Origin: Octopus vulgaris
Lineage: Eukaryota
DNA: 64,000 bases
Assembly: GCA_951406725.2 (NCBI GenBank)
Contig: OX597818.1
Coordinates: forward strand, 127,968,001-128,032,000
Direction of reading: 5' to 3'
Shown: positions 1-13,925 of the stretch, piece after piece
Layout of the letters: every line of letters starts with the position of its first letter
Numbering within the stretch: the first letter of the stretch is position 1
Notes under the pieces: model-generated
What the model was told of the DNA's origin: nothing
The model's database searches: none
The model's input: only the letters and a program-made list of their open reading frames with translations
Made by a program: the position numbers and the translations under genes

Positions 1-51
1 AGTGCTATACTGGTACTCATTTCACTAACCTGAAAAGGATGAAAAACAATG

Positions 52-602
52 TCGACCTCAATGGAATTTGAACTCAAAATGTAAAGAGTCAGGACAAATA
101 CCACATGTTATTTTGCCTGACACTCTAACGATTTAAGAACTCTATTATCCCAGCCTGCCCTGTGATGTTAATTATGATAATAACAGCAAGAGTTAAATTT
201 TGGCACAACGCCAGCAAGTTCCAGGGAGAGGGTAAGTTGATTACATCGACCCCAGTGTTCAACTGGTACTTATTTTATCGACCCTGAAAGGATGAAAGGC
301 AGAGTCTCGACCTCAGTGGAATTTGAACTCAAAATGTAAAGAGCCAGGACAAATACCACATGTTATTTTGCCTGACACTCTAACGATTTAAGAACTCTAT
401 TATCCCAGCCTGCCCTGTGATGTTAATTATGATAATAACAGCAATAATAACAGCAAGAGTTAAATTTTGGCACAACGCCAGCAAGTTCCAGGGAGAGGGT
501 AAGTTGATTACATCGACCCCAGTGTTCAAATGGTACTTATTTTTATCGACCCTGAAAGGATGAAAGGCAGAGTCTCGACCTCAGTGGAATTTGAACTCAA
601 AA
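52..602. repeat. Tandem duplication of a ~255-268 bp SINE-derived unit
   Basis: tcgacctca(a/g)tggaatttgaactcaaaa recurs at 52, 307 and 575. The copies are near identical, and the second has a 12-bp internal duplication. Confidence 0.85.
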
Positions 603-1575
603 CATAAGGACAAACAAAATGCTGCAAAAACACTTTGCCCAGTGTGCCAACAATTCTGCCAGCTCACCACCTTAATAATAATGATTATGAATGATGATGA
701 TGATGATGATGATGACGACGACGATGATGATGATGGTGGTGGTGGTGGTGGTGGTGGTGGTGGTGGTGGTGCTAATGATAAACCAAAGAAAGCATAGAAG
801 GAAGGAAGGAAGGAGTGGGGGGATTAAAAAAAATGAAAAACCACTTAAGTAAATAGTTCTTACATAAAAACTAACAAATCACTTTAGTTTATTATCTTTC
901 CAGCTTGTCCACTTTTTTTTCCTTTTTATCATCTCTTGCAACAATGTCTTTTTTTGCATTTTTTTTTTTTTTGTTTTACACATGCATGTGTACGTGTGCA
1001 TCTCTGAGTCTGTGTGTATCTCAATTTCATTTTCAACTGGACTTTATGTCACTGAAGGATTAGTTATTATTATTATTTTTTTTGTATTTTTATTTTCTTT
1101 ATTATTGTTTATTTTTCATTATATATATATTTTGGATGGCATTGGGGGAGAGAAACTTTGCATCTTCTTGTAATAAAGATGCCAAAGGAAAAACTTAGGG
1201 TTTCCAAAAACAGACAAAAAAAAAAACCCATGCGTCCAGTAAGTTATTATTTATAGCTCTGTTCCGGAGGAAAAGATACCTCTTTTTTTTTTTTTTGTAT
1301 GTGTGTTTTTTTTTTTTATTTTCAAAGCAATAAACAAAAAAAAAAAAAAAATAAATAAATAATTAGAACAACAGTAATAATAAAAATAATAAAAATAAAG
1401 ATAATAATAATGATAATAATATATACAAAATGTCAGCGTTATTTTGTTCCTTTGTCTTTTGGCATCTTTCATTTCACATTCTTTTTGTCATTCATTTCAT
1501 TTCATTAATTATGATTTGTGCAAATGAAAGATTGAAATCGTATTTCACATCATAACAATTAAAATAATAGAGATG

Positions 1576-1632
<57 letters not shown>

Positions 1633-1662
1633 TAAAAAAAGAAAGACTGAAAGAAAGAAAAA

Positions 1663-1903
1663 CTATGACAAAGAATCAGTTGAATTCTTCATGTTTTCTT
1701 TGAAGTCTGGCACAGGTAGCTTTGTTGGAACGAACTGTGATTTTTCTTTTGCTGCCCCTGCATCTGGTTTTGTTTCTTCTTTTGTTGGTAAGTGACTAGT
1801 TAAAGAAGATTTGGGAAGGTCTCCTTCTTCAACAAGGGATGGCCATTTGGGTTGTTGGTCAACTTTACTAAGTCTCTCGTTCAATGCTTTTAGAGCCAAT
1901 TGT
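1663..1903 (-). CDS. TMEM115: TMEM115 coding exon 3 (terminal, TAG stop)
   Basis: Acceptor tcctcag|A completes the Arg codon, then QLALKALNERLSKV...DSLS*. Spliced CDS is 704+174+241=1119 nt, i.e. 372 aa plus stop. Confidence 0.93.
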
Positions 1904-2438
1904 CTGAGGATTGCAAAAGAAGAAAAAGAAAAGAATTAAGACAAAATAAAACAATCAGTATATCAACAACAAAAAAATGTAGGTGTGGCTGTGTGGTAAG
2001 AAGCTTGCTTCCCAACCACATGGTTCCGAGTTCAGTTCCACTCTGTGGCACCTTGGGTAAGTATCTTCTACTATTGCCTCGGGCTGACCAAGGCTTTATG
2101 AGTTGATTTAGTAAATGAAAACTGAAAGAAGCCTGTCATATATATTTGTGTGTGTGTCTTTGTGTCTGTTTGCCCCTGTAACACTAGGGGTTCAGCAAAA
2201 GAGACCGACAGAATAAATACTAGACTTAAAGGTCAAGTCCTGGGGTCGATTTGTTCAACTAAAACCCTTCAAGGCAGTGCTCCAACATGGCCACAATAAA
2301 ATGGCTGAAAAAAGAATAAAAGAATAACAATGGTTTCTAACATAGGTCCATAGCCACAAAATAAGGAGTGGGAGAAAAATAAATTTAATTAAATTCTAAC
2401 AAAGAAATCTTACTGGAAATACCAAAGATTTTATAATA

Positions 2439-2634
2439 TATTTCTTTACTGCCCACAAGGGACTAAACATAGAGGGGACAAACAAGGACAGACAAAGGGA
2501 TTAAGTCGATTACATCGACCCCAGTGTGTAACTGGTACTTAATTCATTGACCCCCGAAAGGATGAAAGGCAAAGTCAACCTCGGCGGAATTTGAACTCAG
2601 AACGTAACGGCAGACGAAATACGGCTACGCATTT
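2439..2634 (-). mobile_element. 5'-truncated SINE (Nin/Deu-like core family) with 15-bp TSD
   Basis: AAAGATTTTATAATA at 2424-2438 and 2635-2649. The core ctttgcctttcatcctttcggggtcgataaa is shared with many copies in the window. Confidence 0.8.
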
Positions 2635-2667
2635 AAAGATTTTATAATAAGAAATGAGCACAGTCTA

Positions 2668-3958
2668 CGAGGGGCGTTCAATAAGTAATGCCCCTGACCC
2701 AATTGCAGTTGTTTGATCTAGCTGAAATTTTGCATGTGCAATTATTTATATCTCTATAGATTAAGTGGGAAATTACAGCTCTGAACTAATTGTGGTTTCT
2801 GATTTACAGGTGTTTGAACTGAGTCAGGTGTGAAATGGAGCCTGTTGAGTGTCGAGCAGTGATCTGGTTTTTGTATTTGAAAGGACACACACCACGGGAA
2901 ACTTTTGATGAAATGAAAGTAACTTATGGTGATGATGCCCCATCCTATGACCTTGTAAAATGCTAGCATCGTGAATTCAAACTTGGTCGGAACTCTGTGG
3001 AAACAGCTCCCAGATCTGGTCCCCCCCTTCTGCCATTGATGAGGCATCTGTCCGTCAAGTTGAGGCTGCCATTTTGGAAGATCGACGCATAACTATCCGC
3101 CAAATAGCCCATGAAGTCAAGATTAGTACCGGGTCTGTGAAAACTATCATTCATGACCATTTACATATGCAAAAGGTGTCTGCCAGATGGATTCCCAGGT
3201 TGCTCACACCTTTCCAGAAGCAAGAACGCGTCGAATGCTCAAGGATAAATTTGGAGATGTGCCAAGAATATGAGTCAAAATATTTCAAAAGACTGATTAC
3301 ACAGGATGAAACCTGGGTCCATCACTATGATCCAGAGACCAAAGCCCAGTCAATGCAGTAGAAGCGCCGTGACTCACCTCCTCCAAAGAAGGCAAGGGTG
3401 CAGCCCTCAGCTGGCAAGGTCACGCTCACAGTCTTCTGGGACCAGGACGGAGTAGTGATGACAGATTTTCTGGCAAAGGGTACCACAATTACAGGAGCCT
3501 ATTATGCTTCACTTTTGAGGAAATTAAGAGAAGCTATCAAAATCAAGAGGCGGGGCAAGATCAGCAAAGGCATCCTCCTCCTGCAGGACAACGCTCCGGT
3601 CCACAACTCGCGTGTTGCCAGATCAAAAGCACAGGCGTGCGGTTATGAACTTCTCCCCCATCCCCCTACTCTCCTGATCTTGCACCCTCTGATTTTCACC
3701 TCTTCCCACCCATGAAGTTGTTTTTGAAAGGAAAGCGTTTACCAGATGATGCAGCCTTGATTTCTGAAGTCACATCGTGGTTGGAGGACCAAGCTGGGGT
3801 CTTCTACAAAAACGGTATCCAGAGCTGCATCAAACGATGGGAGAAATGCGTAACTCTGGGTGGTTCCTATGTAGAAAAAGACTTATACCTGTGCCGAGTT
3901 TTGTTGCTCTACTACAATGGGAAGTGGGTCAGGGGCATTACTTATTGAACGCCCCTCA
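2668..3958 (+). mobile_element. Full-length mariner (DD34D, irritans-like) transposon, inactivated
   Basis: 33-bp TIRs cgaggggcgttcaataagtaatgcccctgaccc, TA on both sides, 1291 bp. Transposase starts at ATG 2835 and has WIPRLL, ITQDETW, LLQDNAPVH and a frameshifted YSPDLAPSDFHLF, with internal stops. Confidence 0.95.
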
Positions 3959-5391
3959 TATGTCTGAAAAGCAAGGCACCCCAGAAACTCATTTAGAAAA
4001 GAAAATAAATTTGTTTCCCACGTTCATTTTGAAATAAAGAAAGTAACATGATTTTTAACTTGATGATATGGATGAAACCTGTTTTTCATCTCCCAGGAAA
4101 CTGTGCTGTTGACATCAAAGGAGGAAAAGCTATTCTTGAGAGGACAACAGAACATAAAAGGACACACTTTATTGTGTGTTAAGATTTTTCACTGTTTCTT
4201 TTCAACGACTATTTTTTTTTACTTGTTCTTAATTACCTTTATCTTCTTTTAACTTCTCTTAATGTCACTAAGTTATTCAGTTACAGCATTTCATCCTCCT
4301 CTACCATCCCATCAATGCTCTGGGCCCCATTCCTTCTGAGTATATCCTGGCACCTCACCATCATCTTTCTCCTGCTCTCTCTTGAACTCTTGCTGACTCC
4401 CACCATCTCTCTCTCTCTCACTCTTTCTCTCCCTCTCTCTCTTTGCCTTCTGGCTGTTTCTGCCCTCATTCTTGATCACTCCCTCTCTCCTCCTCTCACT
4501 CTTCCCTCTGGCTAGGTAACCAAATCTCTTTTTTATAGCAGCACACCTGTTTCTGTCCTCTTTCTTGTTACCTCTGTCTCCCTCTTCCTCTCTTTCTTTT
4601 TCCCTCTGTTTTCCTGTCTCTCTCTTGGCTGGGTAACCATGTACCTCCTCTATAACAGGACACCTGTTTCTGCCTCTGCCTCTCTGTCACACTGTAATCT
4701 TTCCTCATTTAGCATAAGATCACCTCCTCCAATTTCCCCTTCCCTCTCAAAATTCTTTGTCTTGCAAGTTACTTGGTGACCCTGCCAGCGCTAGTGCCCC
4801 ATAAAAAGCATCCAGTCCAAACAGTGAAGTGGTTGACATTTGGAAGGGCATCCAGCTGTAAACACCCTGCCAAAACTAACCTTGCCTATGCTGGTGCCAT
4901 ATAAGAAGCACTCAGTCTACTCTACAGGGGTGGTTGGTGTTAGGAAGGGCATCCAGGCATAAAAACCATGCCTAAACAGACAGTCTTCTACCTGGTTGGC
5001 TCCTGTCAAACCATCCAACCCATGCCAGCATGGAAGATGGATATTAAATGATGATGATGATGATGATGATGAAGATATTTCATCCTCCTCATTTACCTTC
5101 CTAACCTCTCCTACTAATGGAGTTACCATTAACGTTTCTGTAGTTTACACTTTATTGTAGTACTTGTGTGTATGGCAGATGGAACTAAGCTTAAGTCAAT
5201 GGTGATATTTAAGAGAAAAGGATAACCAAAGAGAGAGAGAGAGAGAGAGAGAAACTGCCATATAGAATTTTGGTTCACTGTTATCCCAAGGATGTAACGG
5301 ACAAAAAACGATGATGACATTAAAAATTGTGGCTATACAAGAGTTGGATAAGAAACCATGGGCCCTCCTAGTATGGTATTAGTTCCATGCA

Positions 5392-6146
5392 CATCATCAT
5401 CAACATCATCATTTAACATCTGCTTTCCATGCTGGCATGGGTTGGAGGGTTTGACTGAGGACTGACAAGCCAGAAGGCTACACCAGGCTCCAATCTGATC
5501 TGACAAGGTTTACAGATGGATGCCCTTCCTAACACCAACCACTCCGAGAGTGTAGTAGGTGCTTTTTATGTGCCACCAGCACGAAGGCCAGTCAGGCAGC
5601 ACTAGCATTGACCACGCTCAAATGGTGGTTTTTACATGCCACTAGCACAGGAGCCAGTCAGGTGGCACTGGCATCAACCATGTTCACATGATGCATTTTA
5701 AGGGGGCACCAGCACTGGAGTCAGTCCGGTGGGACTGGCATCAACCACACTCTAATGGTACTTGTTACATGCCACCGGCACGAGAGCCAATCAGGCAGTA
5801 CTGGCATCAGCCACGACAATGACTTCACTTGACTTACAGGTCTTCTTAAGCACAGTTTATTGCCCAATGATTGAAGGGTACCCTCAAATGGGTTGGTTAT
5901 GCAACACTGGCATAGGCCACAGTTACAGTTTCACTTGGCGTGTCAGGTTTTCTCAAGCACAGAATATCTCCAAAGGTCTCGGTTACTTGTCATTGCCTCC
6001 ATGAGGCCTAACGTTTGAAGGTTCTGCTTCACCACCTCATACCAGGTTTTCCTGGATCTGCCTCTTCCACAGGCTCCCTCCACTGTTAGGGTGTGACACA
6101 TTTTCACACAGCTGTCCTCATCCATACGCAACATATGACCATACCA
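5392..6146 (-). mobile_element. RTE-clade LINE 3' fragment with (GAT)n tail
   Basis: WYGHMLRMDEDSCVK...GRGRSRKTWYEVVK...DLWRY is the RTE ORF C-terminus. The 3' UTR matches the copy at 43152. Confidence 0.85.
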
Positions 6147-6912
6147 TACCACAAGGCAGAAAGAGTAGAACAAGCTGCTGAATACAACTCAAACTGTGAT
6201 ACCATGCAACCACTCACTTCTGCTGCAACATTCCAGTGTGGTGCTGAATAAATCAAACTTGTCTCTTGTAAAATCATGGATAAAAAAGGGGATATTTCAA
6301 TTGGGATGGGCAATGACAACGTTTTTAAAGACAAGAATATCAAATAACATAAATGGGACTAAAGATCACCATTTGAGGACTGTTGAACAAGATGATGAAG
6401 AAGATAGATCAAAGAAAGAACCAACAACATGAGGTGTTAATGGAAATTAGAACAGCAAGACTGGGAGGACTTTGGGGACAATGGTGATTGTGAAGAATCT
6501 TTGGTGGGTTTTCAATTGATCTTTAAGTTTTATTAAGTAATTAATCTTTTGTTATCAATTGATAATTTCATAATTGTAGCTTAACTTTAGATGTGCTTTG
6601 ATGAATTTCTTTTATTTAATACTTTAGCATTTCAACCAGTTATATCCAGCCCAAATATTCTATTTGTTATTTGGTCAGTATTAATTTAAAATCTAGATTA
6701 TGAGTAGTAGAAAACATGATGAGTTAATGAGAATCCTAAAGGAAAATGCCCAATATATTATTTACTAAGGAAGATATTTTATTTCAAAAAGTATTTTCCT
6801 TAAAGAATGAATGTTGAAAATTAAAGTAAGTATAATATGATTTAAGATACATTAAGAAAAAAAAAATGAAGTGAAATATAAAAATTAAAATTAAAAAGGA
6901 ATTAAAACTTAC

Positions 6913-7086
6913 CGTCTGCGTTCTGCATCCTGAGGGTCTGTGCCAGGTAATGTGACTGTGATGGTTGTTGGTGAACTGACATCATACTTCCGTTGGGGTT
7001 TCTTACAAATCCTCATCTTTACCAACGTGCTGAATATAGTATTTGCCAATATGCCCACAACTGGTTGTAACCGGCTTGGGAAAAAG
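6913..7086 (-). CDS. TMEM115: TMEM115 coding exon 2 (174 nt, phase 2-2)
   Basis: Acceptor ttctgtag|C, donor CG|gtaagt. Reads (S)FFPSRLQPVVGILANTIFSTLVKMRICKKPQRKYDVSSPTTITVTLPGTDPQDAERR(R), in frame with exon 1. Confidence 0.95.
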
Positions 7087-7299
7087 CTACAGAATAAATA
7101 AATGAATAAAAAAAAGAACAATGTATAAAATACAAAGATCTCACACAGATTTTTATTGCAAAATACTGTAACAGTGATGCCTTTCCCAAGGACACTTAAT
7201 GAAGACACTTAACGAAGTGGAGTGAAATGGCCGTAACTGGGAATTAAAATCAGGTCATCAAAAATAATAAGGAACCTCGAATTCATTATTGTACTTGTC

Positions 7300-7340
<41 letters not shown>

Positions 7341-8034
7341 GTAAGCACAAGGCCTGAAATATTGATGGAACTGGAAGGTTGATTACATCAAACCTAATGC
7401 TCAATTTGTACTTATTTCACTGACCTCCAAAAGGATGAAAAGAAAAACTGACCATGGCAGAATTTGAACTCTTGTCCAGCATGCTAACTCACATAATAAT
7501 AATAATAATAACAACAACAATCTCTCGTGGCTTCTGGGCATAACTGATTGGAAGTTTTATGCACATTTTGTCTTGGTATAAAAGATGGGCTTTAGCAAAC
7601 ATTTTGTTCAGTATCACAGATTTGCTTGTACTTCACCAGGTGAGCATGTCTCTTAGTGGCTGACGATATGTGCATCTCTGAATACGAGCAGGAGTAGTAG
7701 GGGAGCATCATAGCCATGTGTTGAGAGGAATTCTTTGGGGCTTGAAGTATTCACCTCTGGAAACATGGGTGTTTCATTCATCATCCTTAAACAAACCTTA
7801 TTCAGAGACCTTTTGAGTGGAATGAGCTACTTGCCTTGAAGAAAATTCTAACTGGGCCTCACCTGCAAGATCATGTACTATTTATCTTGATATGAGATCA
7901 CCATGTTGTGCACATATGGTTGTGATGCATGTGCCTGGTGCATCTTTATCAGATGGGTAGTCATGCTAGGAATATTGGGTTTTGTATATTTGTACCCCAG
8001 TGTCACTTTGATGACATGCATTACTTTCTTACTC

Positions 8035-8965
8035 AATAATAATAATAATAATTGTTTCTTTATTGGAGACATGTGGGGTTTAACACAAAAATCGAGTAAA
8101 CAAAATAACAATGACAATTAACAATTAAGCAATAAAATCCCCCCAAAACCGGGGAATTCCTCACAGGGACAACTGTGGAACCCCACACATTCTGGTTATC
8201 CCAACCGCCAGATGCACCTTCTCAACTCCTCCAGTTTACAAATGAAAGCTCAGAGTAGGCCCATTCACATGGGCCACCCTTACCACATGCACCCACCTTT
8301 CAACAAATTAACTGGAGGGCAGAACTTCCCTCTCTACACTCACTTTATTTTTCAAGTGGAACTTGAAAAAGTCGATGAGGGTTTGGCCGAAGAGAAAAGT
8401 ATCTGTCTTCAGTCCTTTCAATCTCGTCCACCACACTACTTCCTTCACCATAACCACCAGACAGAGGAAAACTGCATTTCCTTCCCTGCCAAAGGAAGGC
8501 GACAGGGCAACCTTCACAATGGACTTGGCTGATAACTGGATCCGTCTTACATGTGATAACAGCTGTTCGACAAAGCTCCACAAGTCAGTAATGCATGAAC
8601 ACTAGACAGGTGTATGCAGGACGGTTTCATTACCCTGCGCACACCTTGGACATATCTGTCTGAGAGCACTTCTGTGTCTGTAGAGCTTGTCTCAAACTGG
8701 TAGCACTTTCTGGTAGCACTGCTAGGCCAAGGATTTCTGAAAGTTATCCATAAGCCCCAGCCTGAAAGTCCTCCAGAAAAGACCAGTTAATTGATCTCTC
8801 CTGACACTCAGAGTTTCCCCAAGGATGTCATCACTCTTGCTTGACACTAATCTCCTACAGAACTCCATGGTGGAACTTCCAGTGACCATATTACCAGACA
8901 ACTGTGAGCACTTGCCAACACTCCAGATGCCAAGTGCCCTTTCTTGGTCCTGAATCAAGCATAGA
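8035..8965 (-). mobile_element. Tx1/L1-clade LINE 3' fragment
   Basis: Minus-strand translation has a zf-RVT-like CPRCAQGNETVLH..C motif followed by LWSFVEQLL...KEVVWWTR. The 3' end abuts an (AAT)n tract. Confidence 0.75.
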
Positions 8966-9284
8966 CCTTTATGATTTGGCATGACTCAAGAAGGAAACAT
9001 GTAACATGACCACATTGAAGCTCTCTTGGTTCATATTTAGCCAGTCGAATTAATAGATGTGAGCCAGTGCTCCAGGTATACCATACCTACTGTACAAAAA
9101 AGAAATACTGTAAAGTGGTGGACTGGTGGAAATATTAGAATGTTGGAGGAGATGCCTTGTGATATTTGTGTTTACCCTTCTGAGTTCAAATCCTGCTGTG
9201 GCCTACATGGGTGCTTGACTTAAACCATTATTCAGTTTAACACACCACCTTGGGTGCCTTTAACAGAGTCTACTCAGTTGCAAA
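8966..9284. repeat. Inverted duplication arm (partner 15854-16171)
   Basis: About 320 bp reverse-complement match with few mismatches. Confidence 0.9.
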
Positions 9285-11304
9285 TGAGACAAGCTGCAGA
9301 AAATCCTGCTTGACAAACAGCAACCACTAATCTCTGGCATTTCTAGCTTAAGGGTGCAGATTTTTAGGGAATGGGTATGATTTATGGAACTGACCTCAAT
9401 CTATTACTGACACTTGTTTTATTGACCCTAGAAGAATGAAAAGCAAGTCCAACTCAAACAGGATTTGAACTTAGAATGGGGGCTTGAAATGCCATGTAGC
9501 ATTTATTCCAGAAGCTACTGTTTCTATTAATACATTGCTTTCAAAAAAAAAAAAAATACTCATTTCTAACATAGGATACACGAGGCCATACATTTTGGGG
9601 AAAAGTATAGTTGATAATATCAAACCCAGTACTTGGTAGGAGTTGAGCTAAACAAGAAAATGATTCCTTAGAAAGGCACAAGACTTCAACCATTTGAGGA
9701 GAGCAGAGTCAATTAAATTGACCTCGGTACTCAATGAATGATTGCATAAGCCAGATGGAATTCATTGAGGCAGATTTCCTACAATCAGATGCCCTTCCTC
9801 TCATCAAACCTTACCTATTTGCAAGCAAAGCATTATTTCCTTATGGCCTGACATGTTTCAGGCCTCATTTATATCTATTGCACAATATCAAGACAAGGAG
9901 ACACATACATGCATACATACATACAATATATATTTCTTTACTACCCACAAGGGGCTAAACACAGAGGGGACAAACAAGGACAGACAAAGGGATTAAGTCG
10001 ATTACATTGACCCCAGTGCGTAACTGGTACTTAATTTATCGACCTCGAAAGGATGAAAGGCAAATTCGACCTTGACGGAATTTGAACTCGGAACGTAACA
10101 ACAGATGAAATATGGCTACGCATTTTGCCCGGCGTGCGAACAAGCTTCTTTTAGTTTCCATCCACCATATTTAGGGGAAAGGGATAGTCGATTACATCAA
10201 CCCCAGTGCTTGACTGGTATTTATTTTATCAACAACTGAAAGGTTGAAAGGCAAAGTCAACCTTGGTGGCATTTGAACTCAGAATGTTAAGTCAGAAGAA
10301 ATGCTGCTAAGCATTTTGTCTGGTGAGGTAACGATTCTACCAGCTCACAGCCTTAATAATAATAATAATAATGGTTTCAGATTTTGCCAAAAGGGCAGCA
10401 ATTTGGGGGAGGAAATGAGTTGATTACATTGACCCCAGTGTTCAACTGGTACTAATTTTATATACCCCGAAAGGCTGAAAGGTAAAGTCAACCTCGGCGA
10501 AATTTGAACTCAGAATGTAGCAACAGGGGAAATACCACTAAGCATTTTCTCTAGCACACTAATAATAAGCCTTTTTACTATAAGAACAAGGCCTGAAATT
10601 TTGGGAATGGGGATAAGTCAATTACATTGAGCCCAAACAATAATAATAATAATAATAATAACAACACAGACATAAAGTCAGGAGTTTGTAAGAAGGGAAC
10701 ACCTGATTAAATCACCCCCAATACTTGACTTTATTTTGTCAACCACAGAAGAATGAAAAGTAGAGTTGACCTCTGTGGAATTTGAACTTAGGATGTACAA
10801 TGCTTTAACTAAATATCATAATGCACTTTTGCCCATTAGCCTAACAATTCTGCTAATCAACCTACAATTCTGAGATGATTGAACACTTGACCATACTAAC
10901 CCCAGTATTTGATTAGCAGTTATTTTATTGACCTTTAGAATGATGAAAGGCAAAGAAGGTCTTACACACACATAACCTAATACATACATGTATCATCAAC
11001 ATTTTTATCATTTTAACATTTACTTTTTCATGCTTCCATAAGTCAGATAAGAGTATGCAAGGGGAGTTTCCTATGGCCAGATGCCCTTCTTGACACCAAC
11101 CCCCACTTGCTTCCTTGTGAGGTAATTCCAGACTGTCAAGCAACAAACATTCTAGACATGTAAACGTGGAAAACCAGAAAAAAATTATACTGGAATGAGT
11201 ATTTAGTTTACAAACACTAGGTGACTTGTCAAGAAGTCTAGACACATATTTCATTTGAGAAATACAAACTCACTCACACAAACACACACAATTATTATTA
11301 CTAG

Positions 11305-11700
11305 AATTTTGTCTGCCACTACATTCTGAGTTCAAATTCCACTGAGGTTGACTTTGCCTTTCCTCCTTTCAGGGTTGATAAATTAAATACCAGTGAAACA
11401 CTGGGGTTAATGTAATCAACTAGTCCCCTCCCCAAAAATTTCAGGCCTTGTGCCTATAGTAGAAAGGATTATTATTATTATTATTTATTTCTTTACTACC
11501 CACAAGGGGCTAAACACAGAGGGGACAAACAAGGACAGACAAAGGGATTAAGTCAATTACATTGACTCCAGTGCGTAACTGGTACTTAATTTATCGACCC
11601 CGAAAGTATGAAAGGCAAAGTTGACCTCGGCGGAATTTGAACCCAGAAATACGGCTCCGCATTTCGCCCAGCGTGCTAACGTTTCTGCCAGCTCGCCGCC

Positions 11701-11737
<37 letters not shown>

Positions 11738-11960
11738 CATCATTAAGATGGTGAGTTGGCAGAATCATTACCATGCTGGGTAAAATGCTTAGTGGCATTT
11801 CATCCGTCTTCACATTCTGAGTACAAATTCTGCCGAGGTTGATTTTGCCTTTCATCCTTTCGGGGTCGATAAATTAAGTACCAGTTAAGTACTGGAGTCA
11901 TTGTGATGAAACTATCTCCGTCCTCCAAATTTCAGGCCTTGTGCCTTTAGTAGAAAGGAT
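11305..11960. mobile_element. Cluster of three same-family SINEs in alternating orientation (+,-,+) embedded in (ATT)n
   Basis: About 11305-11470 (+), 11485-11701 (-) and 11746-11960 (+), all sharing ttctgagttcaaattccgccgaggtcgactttgcc. Confidence 0.8.
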
Positions 11961-12209
11961 TATTATAATTATTATTATTATTAACGTAGTTTTAGCATCC
12001 ACTTTCCCACACTTGCATGGGTTGTAAGACATCTGCCGAAGCAAATTTTCTCTGGTCAGACACCCTACCTTTCAACAAACCTAGGTAATATTTCCATGAA
12101 CAGCATACTTGTACAGTCTAAGCAGTAAGTTTGAAATATCAAGGACTTGACTAGGCTAAAACTTTCTTGATTCAGTTTACCCTGACTAGAGTAATATTAA
12201 TATCCTTAA

Positions 12210-12427
12210 TCTTTTAACATTCAGATTACTGTCAAATGTAATGCTCTTTTAATTCGGATTGTTTTGAATTAATCAGGCATTACCTTGTAGCTTCAAGGTT
12301 TCAATGATGTGATAGTTTATTTTTAGAATGACATTGTAGGGTAGGTGTGAGAGGCCTGTCTTGGCTGGTTTGAACATAAAACAGTATAATATTTGGGCTG
12401 GATGTGGCCAGTTTAAATGCTAAAGGG
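12210..12427. mobile_element. piggyBac-type MITE
   Basis: TTAA at 12206-12209 and 12428-12431, end ...gctaaaggg. Homologous to 16442-16653. Confidence 0.7.
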
Positions 12428-12931
12428 TTAAGATGTCTGTCACATATGTTGAAGCAAAATGGTCAAGTGGAAAATGTTGAAACCCCAACTCATGAGTCAT
12501 GAGTTCAAATCCACCTTTGGCATTTTCCTGTGCTTGTGAGCAGCAGGACACCTTTTACTGCATGGTGGTTTCCCTAAAATGTTAAACATGGGTAACAGGC
12601 TTTAGGAGGTGGGGAAGTCACTTGTGATAAACTAGCACTTTATGCAAGATGGGTCTGAGAGATTTACCTCTCATCCACTCAAGGTCACAAAAACTGGAAT
12701 TAAGTACCAAGCAAGTTTGCCCTTATTAATTACAACTGTTTACACTTTATTGTTTGCTATTTAGACAAGTTTCAACAGGTGTTTTGTCAATGACTGCTAA
12801 CGGAGACTCCTAGTAACCTACAAGGCTTCTGTAATTTATCAGTTAAGAAGACTGTTACGTCTGATTGTCAAATATTCCAGGAATTTCTCTAGTTTATTTT
12901 GATACATTACTTATCTTTTGTTGGGGTAGAA

Positions 12932-12962
<31 letters not shown>

Positions 12963-13021
12963 ATTTTTTTTTTTGTGAGAGAAACAAGTTCAGATGCATG
13001 ATAAAGCCAGTAGTTCACATA

Positions 13022-13925
13022 TACACGGTGCAATGGGTAAATTGTTGCTATTTTATATTTTTAATTTCGCACATGTGCATTGTTTGTTTTTGATTTTGTT
13101 GACTACACAGTAGAGTAGGGTCAGTTGGGCACTGTCTGTGAGAACAAGAGCACCATGATGCAATTCATTCTGCCAGAAATTTGGAAACAACATGCTGTAC
13201 TGCTTGGCATTTGCACCAAAAGCTCCAATACGAACATTTCAGAGTGTATGGGTGACAATCTGAGGATAGTGCTGAGGATTCACAGAGTTGGATGAGTCTA
13301 ATGGTGATTGCGAAGGTACAACAGCTCAGAAAACTCACTCTGATCATTCTGATATAAAAAGAACTCCTGAATTTGTTGGGGAGATCCAAGTCATGCTTGA
13401 CAACGAGCCCTCCAAGTCAATCAGGTCTATCGCCAGGGACATGAGAGTGTCTGAGTTTCTTACCAGGCAGGTAGTGCATGAGGACGTTCAGTATTCCTCA
13501 TACAAGATGTGAAAGGGCTAATTTTTATCCCAAGCCATCAACAACAAGAGGAAAGACGGCACTATGAAGTTTTTGAAGAAACTCAAGCATCCTCTCCAAC
13601 CAAACATACTTTGGTTTTTCTCAGTTGAAAAAAATTTCTGCCAGGATCAGATGGTGAACATATAGAACAACCGTTGGCTTGCTGTGTCCCCAAAATATGT
13701 ACCGAGAGTGATAAAAATTAAACAATCCAGTCAACATCATGGCGCTTGGAATGATCACTAGTGGGGACGACGATATGCCTCCATTCATCTCCCTACATCA
13801 AGTGTCTGGAGGAGGCAGTGCTGCCCTGGGTCAAGAGGGTGGCTGCTGGAAGACCCTATGTCTTGCAAGAAGACTTTGTACCATGCCACACAAGCAAGAG
13901 AATCTAGTCATGGCTGTCACACAAC
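13022..13925 (+). pseudogene. Degenerate Tc1/mariner transposase, maT (DD37D)-like
   Basis: SKSIRSIARDMRVS (HTH), WFFSVEKNF, NNRWLA, MPPFI and YIKCLEEAVLPWVKRVAAGRPYVLQED, with stops, a deletion and no right end. Confidence 0.7.
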
